From the NCBI GenBank assembly GCA_030148865.1, contig JASBSR010000006.1, positions 66,111 through 130,110 on the forward strand: a stretch of 64,000 bases of DNA, read 5' to 3'. The translations under genes were made by a program, and so were the position numbers. The notes under the pieces were generated by a model. The model was not told the DNA's origin. It saw only the letters and a list, made by a program, of their open reading frames with translations, and ran no database searches. The DNA is from Gammaproteobacteria bacterium (GTDB lineage Bacteria > Pseudomonadota > Gammaproteobacteria > SZUA-229). Below, piece after piece: positions 22,408 through 33,720 of the stretch (the stretch's first letter is position 1; every line of letters begins with the position of its first letter).

Positions 22408-23814
22408 TCATTCTTGCCCTGTTACATCCACAAAATGTCCGTGCACCGCTGCTGCTGCTGCCATCGCCGGACTCACCAGATGGGTGCGACCACCCTGCCC
22501 CTGACGACCTTCGAAGTTTCGATTCGATGTTGATGCACAACGCTCGCCCGGTTCCAGACGGTCGGCGTTCATCGCCAGACACATCGAACAGCCCGGTTCG
22601 CGCCATTCAAAACCAGCATCAATAAAAATCTTATCCAGACCTTCGGCTTCCGCCTGCTGCTTCACCAGACCCGAACCCGGCACCACCATCGCCAGTGCCA
22701 CATTGTTCGCAACTTTTTGTCCGGCAGCCACTGTTGCCGCCGCGCGTAAATCTTCGATCCGCGAATTGGTGCAGGAACCGATAAACACTTTATCAACATT
22801 TATCTGATTGATCGGAGTGCCTGCATCCAGCCCCATGTAGCTCAGCGCCTTGCGCATGCCGTCGGCTTTCACTGCATCTGCCATCTCGTCCGGGTTGGGC
22901 ACAGTGCCATCAATCGCCGCTACCATCTCCGGCGAAGTGCCCCAGGTGACCTGCGGCTTAATGCTGGCCGCGTCGATGCGCACCACTTTATCGAACTGGG
23001 CATCAGCATCACTGACCAGGGTGCGCCAGTATGTCACCGCCTGTTTCCAGACATCGCCTTTGGGCGAATATGGCCGGCCTTCGACATAATCAATCGTGGT
23101 TTGATCGACCGCGATCATGCCAGCACGGGCGCCGGCTTCGATCGCCATATTGCACACCGTCATACGACCTTCCATGCTCAGCGCGCGAATCGCGTCGCCG
23201 CCGAATTCGATGGCACAGCCGGTGCCGCCGGCAGTGCCAATGTTGCCGATGATTGCGAGCACAATATCTTTGGCGGTAATCCCCGGGTGCACATCGCCAT
23301 CGACACTGACCAGCATGTTCATACTCTTTTTCTGCAACAAACACTGCGTCGCCAGCACGTGTTCGACTTCCGAGGTGCCAATGCCAAAAGCGAGCGCGCC
23401 GAAAGCACCGTGGGTCGAGGTGTGCGAATCACCGCAGACCACGGTCATCCCCGGTAGCGTGGCACCCTGCTCCGGGCCGATGACATGAACAATACCCTGG
23501 CGAACATCGGCCATATTAAATTCGGTGAGACCGAATTCGAGGCAATTACTGTCCAGGGTTTCCACCTGAATTTTCGATACCGGATCGGTGACCCCGGCAG
23601 CGCGCGCCGTGGTCGGCACATTGTGATCCGGCACCGCCAGTATCGAGCTCACGCGCCAGGGTTTGCGGCCCGCCATGCGCAGGCCTTCGAAGGCCTGCGG
23701 CGAGGTCACTTCGTGCACCAGATGGCGATCGATATAGAGCAAAGCCGTGCCATCGGCTTCGCTGCGCACTACATGATCGTCCCAGAGTTTGTCGTACAGG
23801 GTTCTTGCGGTCAT
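22408..23814 (-). CDS. leuC: 3-isopropylmalate dehydratase large subunit
   Basis: [40 protein letters not shown]. Confidence 0.98.
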   Translation of the reverse strand: MTARTLYDKLWDDHVVRSEADGTALLYIDRHLVHEVTSPQAFEGLRMAGRKPWRVSSILAVPDHNVPTTARAAGVTDPVSKIQVETLDSNCLEFGLTEFNMADVRQGIVHVIGPEQGATLPGMTVVCGDSHTSTHGAFGALAFGIGTSEVEHVLATQCLLQKKSMNMLVSVDGDVHPGITAKDIVLAIIGNIGTAGGTGCAIEFGGDAIRALSMEGRMTVCNMAIEAGARAGMIAVDQTTIDYVEGRPYSPKGDVWKQAVTYWRTLVSDADAQFDKVVRIDAASIKPQVTWGTSPEMVAAIDGTVPNPDEMADAVKADGMRKALSYMGLDAGTPINQINVDKVFIGSCTNSRIEDLRAAATVAAGQKVANNVALAMVVPGSGLVKQQAEAEGLDKIFIDAGFEWREPGCSMCLAMNADRLEPGERCASTSNRNFEGRQGQGGRTHLVSPAMAAAAAVHGHFVDVTGQE

Positions 23815-23921
23815 ATCGGTCTCCTCATCTGAGTCAGCATAGGGCGAAATAATCTATTACACAAATTCATTATTTTTATAATATTAATTCCATTTAGTTA
23901 TGTATTGTATATACTGCGAAC

Positions 23922-24791
23922 ATGGACATCGCCAGCTTAAAAGCCTTTATCGCGGTCAGTGAACGCGGCTCATTTTCGCGCGCCGCCGAGGCCCTGTTCA
24001 TTACCCAGCCGGCGGTGAGCAAACGCATTGCCAGTCTCGAGGCCCAGCTCGGCGTCAGCCTGTTCGACCGCATCGGTAAACAGGTGCAGCTCACCGAAGC
24101 CGGGCGCGTACTGATCCCCGGCAGCCATCGCATCCTCGCCGAGCTCGCCGAGAGCCAGCGCATTCTTGGCAATTTGCGCGACTCCACCCACGGCATGCTG
24201 AGTATGGCAACCTCGCATCACATCGGTCTGCACCGCCTGCCAGCAGTGTTACGCAAGTACAGCCGTCACTATCCCGAGGTCGAACTCGATATTCAGTTTA
24301 TGGATTCCGAACAGGCATTCCCCCGCATTCTGCACGGCGAAATCGAGCTTGCCATTGTCACCCTGCCGAACACAGCTCAGCCGCAGCTGAAACACATTCC
24401 CGTGTGGTCCGACCCGATGCATTGTGTAGTCGCTCGTCAGCACCCGCTGGCGAAACCGGCGCGAGTCAGCCGTCAGCAATTGCTGCAGCATGCTGCGATT
24501 TTACAAACCCCAGGCACGCACACCCGCAATCTGGTCGATGCCGCGCTCGCCGATGCCCGCCCGGAAAAAATATTACTGGAAACCCATTATCTGGAAACCA
24601 TCAAGGCGATGGTGCAGACGGGACTGGGCTGGAGTATGTTGCCCGATTCGATGATTGATAAAAGTCTGCGGGTAGTGAAAATCAGCAAGCTGCAAATCGC
24701 GCGCCATCTTGGTGTTGTCTTACACGAGAAACGCACACTGTCGAATGCCGCCAGCAGCATGCTGGATCTATTGCAGGGCAAAGAGGCTTAA
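23922..24791 (+). CDS. LysR family transcriptional regulator, divergent from leuC
   Basis: HTH GSFSRAAEALFITQPAVSKRIASLE, LFDR, substrate-binding domain. Confidence 0.95.
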   Translation: MDIASLKAFIAVSERGSFSRAAEALFITQPAVSKRIASLEAQLGVSLFDRIGKQVQLTEAGRVLIPGSHRILAELAESQRILGNLRDSTHGMLSMATSHHIGLHRLPAVLRKYSRHYPEVELDIQFMDSEQAFPRILHGEIELAIVTLPNTAQPQLKHIPVWSDPMHCVVARQHPLAKPARVSRQQLLQHAAILQTPGTHTRNLVDAALADARPEKILLETHYLETIKAMVQTGLGWSMLPDSMIDKSLRVVKISKLQIARHLGVVLHEKRTLSNAASSMLDLLQGKEA

Positions 24792-25951
24792 GCGACTGCC
24801 TCAAAATCTCGAGTACTGCGAATAAACCGCCAGGTAATCAATGCCGCCAGCAAGGTACAGGCGGCAGCGAAACTAAACAATACCGCAGCACCCACCTGAT
24901 CCCAGAGCACACCACTGATCAGACTGCCGACTGCGACCCCCGCGCCATAGGACACACTGGAATACAGCGCCTGACCTCGGCCCTGATGACTGCCGGTAAA
25001 ATAGCGATGCACCAGCGCAATCCCAACAGAATGAAAAACGCCGAACGAAAACGCATGCCCCAGCTGGGCGACGAACAATAGCGTGAGATTGTCCGCATAA
25101 AAACCAATCAACCACCAGCGCAGCGAAGTTAACAGCAGCGTCACCAGCAACAGCTTGCGGGCACCGTAATTCGGCAACCAGCGATGCATCAGCAAAAACA
25201 CCACCACTTCGGCCAGCACACCCACCGCCCACAACATACCGATCATGCTGGAGCTATAGCCATGGGTTTCGAGATAGATGGTATAAAACGTGTAATACGG
25301 GCCATGACTGCAAAGCATGAGAAAACACACGACAAAAAACGCCATCACCTGCGATTGTTTAATCACACGCCAGATCGATGTCTGATCGCTATGCGGAGCA
25401 TTGAGTTTTTCCGGCACGATAAAACTGAACACTGCAATTGCCGCGAACAGCAGTAATATCATCCACGGAATCACATCGGTTGACCACGACTGCAGCGCTT
25501 CCCCCAGTATGACCACGCTGACGATAAACCCCAGCGAACCCCAGAGTCGAATATTGCTGTAGCGATGTACATCATCACCGAGGTGATTCAGCGTCATGGC
25601 TTCGAACTGTGGCAGGGTTGCGTTCCAGAAAAAACTGAACAACAACATTGCCATCGCGAGCCACCAGAGTTCAGTATTGATTAACACCAGGGCAAAACTC
25701 AGCAGCGCCAGTACACTGGCAATGCGAATAATCAGCATTGAACGTCGGGTGTGATCTGCAAGCCAGCCCCAGATATAAGGCGCGATTAATTTAGTCGCCG
25801 GCAGAATAGCCACCAGCGTACCGATCACCAGCGAACTGTAGCCAAGATTTTTCAGGTACAGGCTCCAGTACGGAATCAGCACGCCGAGCGAAGCAAAATA
25901 AACGAAATAAAATCCACTGAGTTTCCAGTACGGAACAACTTTAGTGTTCAC
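24788..25951 (-). CDS. MFS transporter (HcaT/nucleoside permease-like)
   Basis: About 12 hydrophobic segments; WGWLADH, RLWGSLGF, GRGQALY. Confidence 0.88.
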   Translation of the reverse strand: MNTKVVPYWKLSGFYFVYFASLGVLIPYWSLYLKNLGYSSLVIGTLVAILPATKLIAPYIWGWLADHTRRSMLIIRIASVLALLSFALVLINTELWWLAMAMLLFSFFWNATLPQFEAMTLNHLGDDVHRYSNIRLWGSLGFIVSVVILGEALQSWSTDVIPWMILLLFAAIAVFSFIVPEKLNAPHSDQTSIWRVIKQSQVMAFFVVCFLMLCSHGPYYTFYTIYLETHGYSSSMIGMLWAVGVLAEVVVFLLMHRWLPNYGARKLLLVTLLLTSLRWWLIGFYADNLTLLFVAQLGHAFSFGVFHSVGIALVHRYFTGSHQGRGQALYSSVSYGAGVAVGSLISGVLWDQVGAAVLFSFAAACTLLAALITWRFIRSTRDFEAVA

Positions 25952-26024
25952 CGCAATAACTCATAATAAGATTTGCCGCAAAGGCAAGGAGAATACTAAG
26001 GCAATATGTTTTATTAAAAATTTC

Positions 26025-26158
26025 ATCCGCAAATGAACGCAAATACACGCTAATAAACCTTTAAAATAAACCACTATATCTCGTGACACACAATACTACA
26101 GCTCATTCGAGTGCAGTCCAAAATTATCATTCGCGTGTATTTGCGTTCATTTGCGGAT
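26025..26158. repeat. Intergenic inverted-repeat cassette, 26-bp perfect arms with 10-bp internal period
   Basis: ATCCGCAAATGAACGCAAATACACGC (26025-26050) and its exact reverse complement (26133-26158). Confidence 0.9.
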
Positions 26159-26215
26159 AAACTGTTACACAGATTATTGACAAAGTACTCTGCGTCAACA
26201 AACAATCACTACACA

Positions 26216-27313
26216 TCAAACGGAAGACGGGATCACCGGTGTCGGTGAATGCACATCCATGTTCTGGCCACGGTGGCGCAGCATGTGATCCATTAACACA
26301 ATCGCGAGCATGGCTTCGCAGATGGGAGTGGCACGGATTGCGACACAGGGATCATGGCGACCGTGGGTGACAACACCAGCGGCCTCGCCTTTGACATCCA
26401 CGGTGTCGCCTTCGAGACGTATACTCGAGGTTGGCTTGAACGCCGTGTGCACCACGATGTCCTGACCGGAACTGATGCCACCCAACACACCACCGGCATG
26501 ATTGGTTTTGAAACCTTTCGGTGTCATCTCATCACGAAACTCGGTGCCTTTGGCGGCGACACAGTTAAAACCGTCGCCAATCTCAACACCTTTGGCGGCA
26601 TTAATGCACATCATGGCATACGCAATCTCGGCATCGAGGCGATCGAACACTGGCTCACCCAGACCGGGCGGCACGTTTTCGGCGATCACCGAAATCTGGC
26701 CCCCGACTGAATTACCTTCCTTGCGCAGCGCGTCCATGTAGCTTTCGAGCTGTTTGAACTTGCTGCTATCGCCACAGAAAAATGCATTGTCGTTGACCAT
26801 GCCTCGATCCAGCAGTGGCATCTCGATCGGGCCCAGTTGTGACATATAACCAAAAATATTTATCCCGTAACGGTCTTTGAGATATTTTTTAGCGATACCG
26901 CCAGCAGCCACCCGCATTGCAGTTTCGCGCGCCGAAGAACGCCCGCCGCCGCGGTAATCACGAAAGCCGTATTTTTGCTGATAAGTGTAATCGGCGTGAC
27001 CGGGGCGAAAGCGATCCATGATATTGCCGTAGTCTTTCGAGCGCTGGTCGGTGTTCTGGATTAACAGACCAATGCTGGTGCCGGTGGTTTTGCCTTCGAA
27101 CACACCCGAGAGAATTTTCACCTCGTCAGACTCACGCCGCTGCGTGGTATGGCGCGAAGTCCCCGGTTTGCGACGATCCAGATCGACCTGCAGATCGGCT
27201 TCGCACAGCTCCATGCCCGGCGGGCAGCCGTCGACAATGCCAACCAGTGCGGCACCGTGCGACTCACCGGCGGTGGTCACGCTAAACAGTTTTCCTATGG
27301 TATTACCCGACAT
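26216..27313 (-). CDS. aroC: Chorismate synthase
   Basis: [30 protein letters not shown]. Confidence 0.98.
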   Translation of the reverse strand: MSGNTIGKLFSVTTAGESHGAALVGIVDGCPPGMELCEADLQVDLDRRKPGTSRHTTQRRESDEVKILSGVFEGKTTGTSIGLLIQNTDQRSKDYGNIMDRFRPGHADYTYQQKYGFRDYRGGGRSSARETAMRVAAGGIAKKYLKDRYGINIFGYMSQLGPIEMPLLDRGMVNDNAFFCGDSSKFKQLESYMDALRKEGNSVGGQISVIAENVPPGLGEPVFDRLDAEIAYAMMCINAAKGVEIGDGFNCVAAKGTEFRDEMTPKGFKTNHAGGVLGGISSGQDIVVHTAFKPTSSIRLEGDTVDVKGEAAGVVTHGRHDPCVAIRATPICEAMLAIVLMDHMLRHRGQNMDVHSPTPVIPSSV

Positions 27314-27384
27314 AAGCGGTTCTTGTTATTGATGCAGTGAAACTGATATTACCATTTGCGCAGCTCGCCTGCCCACGACCAGAT

Positions 27385-28311
27385 CTAGGCCGCGTCAAAA
27401 TCGGCCTGACACATTTCCAGTTGCTCGGCGGTGAGCAGGAACACACCCTCGCCACCGCGTGCAAAATCCAGCCAGGTAAACGGCACATTGGGGAAACAGG
27501 CTTCCAGCGCAGGCCGGGTGTAGCCGACTTCGACCACCAGAATACCTTCATCGGTTAAAAATTCGCGCGCACTTTGCAGCATGGGAATCACCAGATCAAG
27601 GCCGTCTTCACCAGCATCGAGTGCGATTGCACCGGGTTCATAATCAAACTCATTCGGCAGTACGGCGACTTCGGCGCTGGCGACATAGGGTGGATTACTG
27701 ACGATGATGTCGTAATCGCGCTCCGGAACATCGACGAACAGGTCGGACTGCACCAGTTCGAGACGGTCTTCCATACCGTGCAGACGGCGATTGCTCTCCG
27801 CCACCGCGAGCGCATCGCTGGAGATATCACTGCCGATCACACGCGCGTCGGGAAAGGCATCGGCGCAGGCGATGGCGATGCAGCCGCTGCCGGTGCAAAG
27901 ATCGAGAATTTCACAGACATTGTCATCATCCACCCAGGGCGCGAACCGCGCTTCGATCAATTCGGCGATGGGTGAGCGCGGAATCAATACGCGCTCGTCG
28001 ACCTTAAAATTCAGCCCGGCGAACCAGGCTTCGCCGGTGATATAGGCGGCGGGTTTACGGGCTTCCACGCGCTGGCGATAAAACTCGTAGACACGATACT
28101 TTTCATCCTCGGTCAGAGCACAGTCGAAATAAGCCGCGGGAAAGTCCGGCGGCAAGTGCAGCGCGGCCAGGCAGAGATACACCGCCTCGTCGAGCGCGCC
28201 CGGCATGCCCTGATAAAAACTCAGCTCGGCCGCATTGAACTGGCTGGCACCCCAACGCACGAAGTCGCGGATGGTATTGAGTTGTTCGCCAGGATTTTTC
28301 ACAATTCGCAC
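27385..28311 (-). CDS. prmB: 50S ribosomal protein L3 glutamine methyltransferase
   Basis: VDERVLIPRSPIAELI, LDLCTGSGCIA, SNPPY; upstream of aroC. Confidence 0.95.
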   Translation of the reverse strand: MRIVKNPGEQLNTIRDFVRWGASQFNAAELSFYQGMPGALDEAVYLCLAALHLPPDFPAAYFDCALTEDEKYRVYEFYRQRVEARKPAAYITGEAWFAGLNFKVDERVLIPRSPIAELIEARFAPWVDDDNVCEILDLCTGSGCIAIACADAFPDARVIGSDISSDALAVAESNRRLHGMEDRLELVQSDLFVDVPERDYDIIVSNPPYVASAEVAVLPNEFDYEPGAIALDAGEDGLDLVIPMLQSAREFLTDEGILVVEVGYTRPALEACFPNVPFTWLDFARGGEGVFLLTAEQLEMCQADFDAA

Positions 28312-28418
28312 CTACTGTTCGCCGAGCACGGCCTGATGACATTCTAGCGAACATCGCCGCGCCGCGCAGTCAAAATCGCTTTCATCTGCCGGGCGCAGCC
28401 ACTATAATTTCGCCTCAC

Positions 28419-28886
28419 ATGAAAGCCTTGATCGCCCCACATCTTCGCCTGTTTGCCCTGCTGCTGCTCACCGCCGCCACCAGCAGTTTTGCCGGAAAAC
28501 CCATCCAGCTGGTCGCGCCCTGGATCGCCGAAGCCCCCCCCACGAGCAAGGTGATGGCAGCCTACATGGATATCGAAAACCTCGACGCAGAGCCAGTTGA
28601 AATCAACAAAATAAGCTCTGATGCTTTTTCCAGCATCGAAATCCACCGCAGCATCGAGGACCATGGTGTCGCCCGCATGACACGCCAGACGAGCATTCAT
28701 ATCGCTGGCCATGGCCACTTCACGCTCGAACCCGGCGGCTACCACTTAATGATGTTTAACCCCAAAAAACGCTTCACCACCGGTGATACTATCCGCCTGA
28801 ATTTTAACTTCATCAAAGGCGATAGTGCCGCCTTTGATGTCGCAGTACAAAAACTCAGCAACCCTAACCGAACCGGACACCACTAA
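28419..28886 (+). CDS. Periplasmic copper chaperone PCu(A)C
   Basis: Signal peptide; EIH-x10-M-x21-HLM copper motif (EIHRS...ARM...PGGYHLMM). Confidence 0.9.
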   Translation: MKALIAPHLRLFALLLLTAATSSFAGKPIQLVAPWIAEAPPTSKVMAAYMDIENLDAEPVEINKISSDAFSSIEIHRSIEDHGVARMTRQTSIHIAGHGHFTLEPGGYHLMMFNPKKRFTTGDTIRLNFNFIKGDSAAFDVAVQKLSNPNRTGHH

Positions 28887-28888
28887 TC

Positions 28889-29764
28889 ATGGCCATGCCC
28901 GCCACACTACGCGAGCGATTGCTCGCCTGGCCGTTTTATATTCTGCCACAGCACGCCATTTCCTGGTGTATGTACAAACTTGCGCGCGTGCGTTATGTAC
29001 CGGTGAAAAATTTCGCGATTCGCATCTACGCCTACCTCAATCCGGTGAACATGCAGGAAGCCGTGATCGAAGACAAGTACGCCTATGAAAGTTTAAATGC
29101 ATTTTTTACCCGCGCGCTAAAACCCGAAGCACGGCCACTGGATAGCGCAAGCGACAGCTGGATTTGTCCGGTGGATGGCTCGGTGAGCCAGGCCGGCGCC
29201 ATCGAAGACGGCAGGATTTTTCAGGCCAAAGGCTGCGACTACAGTCTGCTGGAATTACTCGGCGGCGATGACGCGCGGGCACAACATTTTCACAACGGTC
29301 AATTTGCAACCCTGTATTTATCACCGCGCGATTACCACCGCATCCATATACCGGTGAACGCTGAACTCGAACACATGACTTATATACCCGGGCGCTTATT
29401 CAGCGTTGCCACCCACACCGTCAATACCATTCCGCGATTATTCGCGCGCAACGAACGCGTAGCCTGTCATTTCAATACCGAACATGGACCGATGGCGATG
29501 ATACTTGTCGGCGCGATCAATGTGTCTGCGATGGAGACCGTCTGGCACGGTCATATCAAGGACACCGGCAGCGTTAGTCACTATGATTATGTCGGTCAGG
29601 ATGTTCGCCTGCTGCGCGGTGAAGAAATGGGGCGCTTTAATCTGGGCTCGACTGTCATCGTGCTGAGCAGTGCAACCATGAGCTGGGATAACAGCATTAG
29701 CGCAGGACTTGAGGTTAAACTCGGCCAGCGTCTGGCCATACCATTTGGCGCAGCCAGCGCCTAA
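28889..29764 (+). CDS. psd: Phosphatidylserine decarboxylase proenzyme
   Basis: NAFFTRALK, YLSPRDYHRIH, LFARNER, RFNLGST self-cleavage motif. Confidence 0.96.
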   Translation: MAMPATLRERLLAWPFYILPQHAISWCMYKLARVRYVPVKNFAIRIYAYLNPVNMQEAVIEDKYAYESLNAFFTRALKPEARPLDSASDSWICPVDGSVSQAGAIEDGRIFQAKGCDYSLLELLGGDDARAQHFHNGQFATLYLSPRDYHRIHIPVNAELEHMTYIPGRLFSVATHTVNTIPRLFARNERVACHFNTEHGPMAMILVGAINVSAMETVWHGHIKDTGSVSHYDYVGQDVRLLRGEEMGRFNLGSTVIVLSSATMSWDNSISAGLEVKLGQRLAIPFGAASA

Positions 29765-29779
29765 CCATAAAACAGCGCG

Positions 29780-31279
29780 TTATTTTTCGACCACCGCATC
29801 ATCAACCAGCGACTCTGAATCAATATTCGGTTGACTGAAGGCTGTGACTGCAGCCAGGTTCGGTGTCGATTTACCAGAAGGACTGGTGAAACGGTCATTC
29901 ATGGTCTGAATAAAACCACTGGCATCCGCGATCACGCTTTGCAAAATACGTTTAGTACGCCACGACCATGCCACCGGGGCTGGTTGAAATATACTGCGAA
30001 AAAACCGTGCATTACGCAGAAACGCGCGACGAATATTTCCAGTTAAATGCTGCTCAGGCAAACTTTTGGCGACACGACGCGCAAACACTCTGCGCATACC
30101 ATCGTGTACTCCGAGCACAAAACTGAGCACCAGACCGAGTTTGATCGCCGACCACATCGGTGCATCAACAAAATCATACTTAAATAATCCCCAGGGACTG
30201 ATCCAGTAACTCAACACCAGCAACAACGCCACTGTAGAACCATAAATCACCGCATCACTGATCAGCACCAGACGGCGCCAACGTCGCATCGCTGCGGTAA
30301 TCATCGGCACTGCTTCACGCTCGATGTCATCCGCCAGATTTTGCAGGACACCAATGATGCGATAGGCACGTTCAATTTCTACCTGATGAATCCGTTCATG
30401 AATTGCAGCCAGATCAGTGTCGCGTTTACTTTCAAAACGTTGGCGCACGGCTTCATCTTTGATCTCAACCGCGAGATTCTCGTTATAAATGGTATAAAAC
30501 CGTCCCGCAGTTAAGCCTTTGGCAGCAAGTGCGCGCTGCCAGGCAGCCACAACCGCCTCAGGATTATCTTCCTGTGCAGCGGTATCAATTTGATTCAGGA
30601 TGTAGAGAAATTTTTCCGAGTCACCGCGTTGAATAGTTTCGCTGACCAGATGTTCCAGCGTGTCCTGCATGGCACCAGGTTCGGGATGACGCGCATCGAA
30701 GAACACCAGCACCAGGTCGGATAAATTAATAATGTGATCGGTCAGGCGTAGAATCGCATTGCGCTGATCGTCGGCGTCGAATCCGGGCGAGTCGATAAAA
30801 ATTTTACCACTGAGCTTTTCCGAACTCGATGTTTTCATCTGCAGGTAAGCGTCGATGCGTTTACCTTCACCTTCAGCAACTTTATTGATTTCATCGCTCA
30901 TCTGATAGAACGGAAAGCGTGGATCCGAGTCCAGTGCTATCCCCGGTAATACCCGACCGTCTTCGCCGGTGGAATATGACAGCACAGTAAATTTGTCATC
31001 CACCGCCTGATTACCAGTAAGCTGCAATTTGCTGTCAAGAAACTGATTGATGAACGATGACTTACCGGCAGAAAAGGTACCCAGAATAGCCACCAGCGGC
31101 CACCACGGAATCCGCGCTGTGTAAGTCTCTGTAATGTCGAGCAGACCCATGCGATAGGCAATGCGATCGAGCTTTTTAAAACGTGCAACCGACTGCAGCA
31201 ACAGAGGATTTTCATTCTCAAGATGCGTTTCAAGCTTTGCCAGTCGCGTGCGTATCGCTTTGTCGGGACGGTTTAACAT
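29780..31279 (-). CDS. Dynamin-family (EHD-like) P-loop NTPase with two C-terminal TM segments
   Basis: GTFSAGKSS (G1), AVDDKF, IDSPG (G3), LNQID (G4-like); two hydrophobic helices near the C-terminus. Confidence 0.8.
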   Translation of the reverse strand: MLNRPDKAIRTRLAKLETHLENENPLLLQSVARFKKLDRIAYRMGLLDITETYTARIPWWPLVAILGTFSAGKSSFINQFLDSKLQLTGNQAVDDKFTVLSYSTGEDGRVLPGIALDSDPRFPFYQMSDEINKVAEGEGKRIDAYLQMKTSSSEKLSGKIFIDSPGFDADDQRNAILRLTDHIINLSDLVLVFFDARHPEPGAMQDTLEHLVSETIQRGDSEKFLYILNQIDTAAQEDNPEAVVAAWQRALAAKGLTAGRFYTIYNENLAVEIKDEAVRQRFESKRDTDLAAIHERIHQVEIERAYRIIGVLQNLADDIEREAVPMITAAMRRWRRLVLISDAVIYGSTVALLLVLSYWISPWGLFKYDFVDAPMWSAIKLGLVLSFVLGVHDGMRRVFARRVAKSLPEQHLTGNIRRAFLRNARFFRSIFQPAPVAWSWRTKRILQSVIADASGFIQTMNDRFTSPSGKSTPNLAAVTAFSQPNIDSESLVDDAVVEK

Positions 31280-31371
31280 AAGCTTCTATCACCAGGAAAA
31301 GGCAGCGAATGACACAGATGCTGCAACTGACAACAGACCTGACTCCATTGTCCTGTATATTTGGGAGCGTG

Positions 31372-31962
31372 CTAAAACTCGCCGTTGGCGCCGCGATTCA
31401 TAATATCCAGTATGATCGACTTAACCCCGACAGCCTCTTCTTTGAGTGCGGGCGGTAACGGCTTGCCACCATAAATCATCGCATCCATATTCAGCGAATA
31501 CAGCCAGAGCTTGCCATCCTTGTCTTCCAGCATACTAATACGACATGGCAAATACGCGGAAAAAGCATCGCTATAAGCGGTCATACGCGACGCCGTCATG
31601 GCATTGCAGAACATAAAAATTTTCATATAACGCTGTTCGCGTCCGGTGATCGCCTGAATTTCTTTGTATAAGGGCAGTTCGCCAACATTTTTGATGTTGT
31701 GCTCATTGGCAACAAACTTCATGGTTTCTTCAACATCATCAGCCGACATGCCTGCTTTCACGGGCACTTTCCAGACCGTCGCATCTGCCATATTACCGGT
31801 TTCGAGCAGTTTCTCGGCCATCTCGGTATACACAGCCAGCGCCTTGTCATCAAAACCACTGAGAATGTGGTAGCTGGGACCCAGTTTCACCAGCGCATAA
31901 ACCAGGCCGGCAATCACCAACAGCCCGATGAGCGCAAAAAAATTTCGTATTGAACCAATCAT
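31372..31962 (-). CDS. DUF302 domain membrane-anchored protein
   Basis: N-terminal TM segment; KIFMFCNA and AYLPCRISM typical of DUF302. Confidence 0.8.
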   Translation of the reverse strand: MIGSIRNFFALIGLLVIAGLVYALVKLGPSYHILSGFDDKALAVYTEMAEKLLETGNMADATVWKVPVKAGMSADDVEETMKFVANEHNIKNVGELPLYKEIQAITGREQRYMKIFMFCNAMTASRMTAYSDAFSAYLPCRISMLEDKDGKLWLYSLNMDAMIYGGKPLPPALKEEAVGVKSIILDIMNRGANGEF

Positions 31963-32076
31963 GATGTATCTCTTGTCTGTAGGCTAAAAATTCCAGTTTC
32001 CAAGTATGCCACACGGGGTTCACTATACAACAATCAGGGTGCTGGTGATATTCCACCACCGCGGTCTGTGGCAGAA

Positions 32077-33045
32077 TCAGGCCTTCTGCCACGAGAATGT
32101 GAGCACTTCTTCGATGCATTGCGCGCCACACAGAACCATTAATAAACGATCCAGACCCAGCGCGACGCCGCAAGTTTCTGGCAGCCCATGCGCCAGCGCG
32201 GCGAGCAAATGCTGATCGATGACGGCGGGTGCCTGGCCCAGCGCCAGACGCGCCGCATTATCCGCCTGAAAACGTGCGACCTGCTCGGCGGCATCCTGTA
32301 ATTCGTCATAACCATTGGCCAGTTCGAGTTCGCCGTAGACCAGCTCGAAGCGCTGCGCCACGGCATCGCCCGCAGGATTACGGCTGATCTTTGCCAGCGC
32401 ACACTGGGTGGCTGGATACTCATATATAAAGGTGTAGCTATGCTTCGGCAACGCCGGCAGCACCAGTTGAGTCAACAGCCAGTCCAGCCATTCATCGACA
32501 TCATCATTCAGCCCGACCGGACAGTCGATGGCATGTGCCTGCGCACAGGCACGGCACTCAGCAGCCGTCACCTGATGCGGATTGAAGCCCACAGCACGTT
32601 CGAAAGCGTCACGATACGTCAGGCGGGTGAACTCCGGCGCGTGCCGAGTATCCAGCACGGTAATCAACTGCTGGACTTCGTCCATCAGGGCACCAAGATC
32701 CAGGCCCGGGCGGTACCATTCCAGCATGCTGAACTCGGGATTATGCCATGGCCCCAGTTCATCTTCGCGGAATACTTTACAGATTTGAAACATGGGCTCA
32801 GCGTAGGCGGCGAGCAGTCGCTTCATGGTAAATTCGGGAGAGGTATTGAGAAAGGCGGCAGCGCCGGCAACTCGGGATTGCAGAGATTCAATATGACGAT
32901 CGCTGGCGCAGGCGTGGGACAGAATCGGGGTTTCCACTTCGAGCACGCCACGCGCCAGAAAAAAGCTGCGCGTCGTCTGCAACACCCGAGCCCGAAGTCT
33001 GAGCATGTCGAGCGTCGCATCGGGTCGCCAGTCAGTGACTGACAT
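32077..33045 (-). CDS. epmA: EF-P lysine aminoacylase (EpmA/GenX/PoxA)
   Basis: LEVETP, TSPEFTMKRLLA, HNPEFSMLEWYR, ELANGY, GVALGLDRL; next to efp. Confidence 0.95.
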   Translation of the reverse strand: MSVTDWRPDATLDMLRLRARVLQTTRSFFLARGVLEVETPILSHACASDRHIESLQSRVAGAAAFLNTSPEFTMKRLLAAYAEPMFQICKVFREDELGPWHNPEFSMLEWYRPGLDLGALMDEVQQLITVLDTRHAPEFTRLTYRDAFERAVGFNPHQVTAAECRACAQAHAIDCPVGLNDDVDEWLDWLLTQLVLPALPKHSYTFIYEYPATQCALAKISRNPAGDAVAQRFELVYGELELANGYDELQDAAEQVARFQADNAARLALGQAPAVIDQHLLAALAHGLPETCGVALGLDRLLMVLCGAQCIEEVLTFSWQKA

Positions 33046-33078
33046 GTCTGAGTTCCAGCACAAATCGCTGACTGCGCA

Positions 33079-33642
33079 TCATGCGCGCGAAACGTATTCT
33101 CCGGTGCGGGTATCCACTTTAAGCACATCGCCGATTTCAATGAACAAGGGCACCTTGATTTCGGCACCGGTTTCTAAAATCGCCAGCTTGGAACCGCCCT
33201 GGGCGGTATCACCTTTCAGGCCGGGGTCAGTTTCGGTCACTGCCAGCTCGACAAAATTCGGCGTCGACACCGACAAAGGCTGGCCGTTCCACAGCATCAG
33301 CACGCAGGCTTCCTGACCTTTCAGCCATTTTGCGGCATCGCCCATGGCAACCGCATCTGCCGCGTATTGTTCAAACGTTTCGGGTTCCATCAAGTGCCAG
33401 TGTTCACCATCACTGTAGAGAAAATCCACATTGCGCTCTTCAATATCGGCAGCTTCGACGCTCTCGGTGGTTTTGAAGGTTTTCTCCAGCGTGCGCCCGG
33501 TTTTCAAATTGCGCATCTTCACCCGGTTAAAAGCCTGGCCCTTGCCCGGCTTCACCAGAATATTTTCGGTAATGGTGCAGGGATAGCCATCAAGCATAAT
33601 CTTGAGGCCGTTCTTGAATTCGTTTGTGCTGTATGTAGCCAT
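33079..33642 (-). CDS. efp: Elongation factor P
   Basis: VKPGKGQAF (modified Lys), [21 protein letters not shown]. Confidence 0.97.
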   Translation of the reverse strand: MATYSTNEFKNGLKIMLDGYPCTITENILVKPGKGQAFNRVKMRNLKTGRTLEKTFKTTESVEAADIEERNVDFLYSDGEHWHLMEPETFEQYAADAVAMGDAAKWLKGQEACVLMLWNGQPLSVSTPNFVELAVTETDPGLKGDTAQGGSKLAILETGAEIKVPLFIEIGDVLKVDTRTGEYVSRA

Positions 33643-33720
33643 GTTACTATGTGCGCCCGTAAAAGCGTGCTCTGGAAAAATGCGCAATCTTACCCTGAAT
33701 ATCCGCCGGATTCATAGATT

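Noticed and set aside
23815-23921. Leucine attenuator or leader peptide upstream of leuC
   Set aside because: No Leu-rich short ORF or terminator; the gap is an AT-rich divergent promoter shared with the LysR gene.
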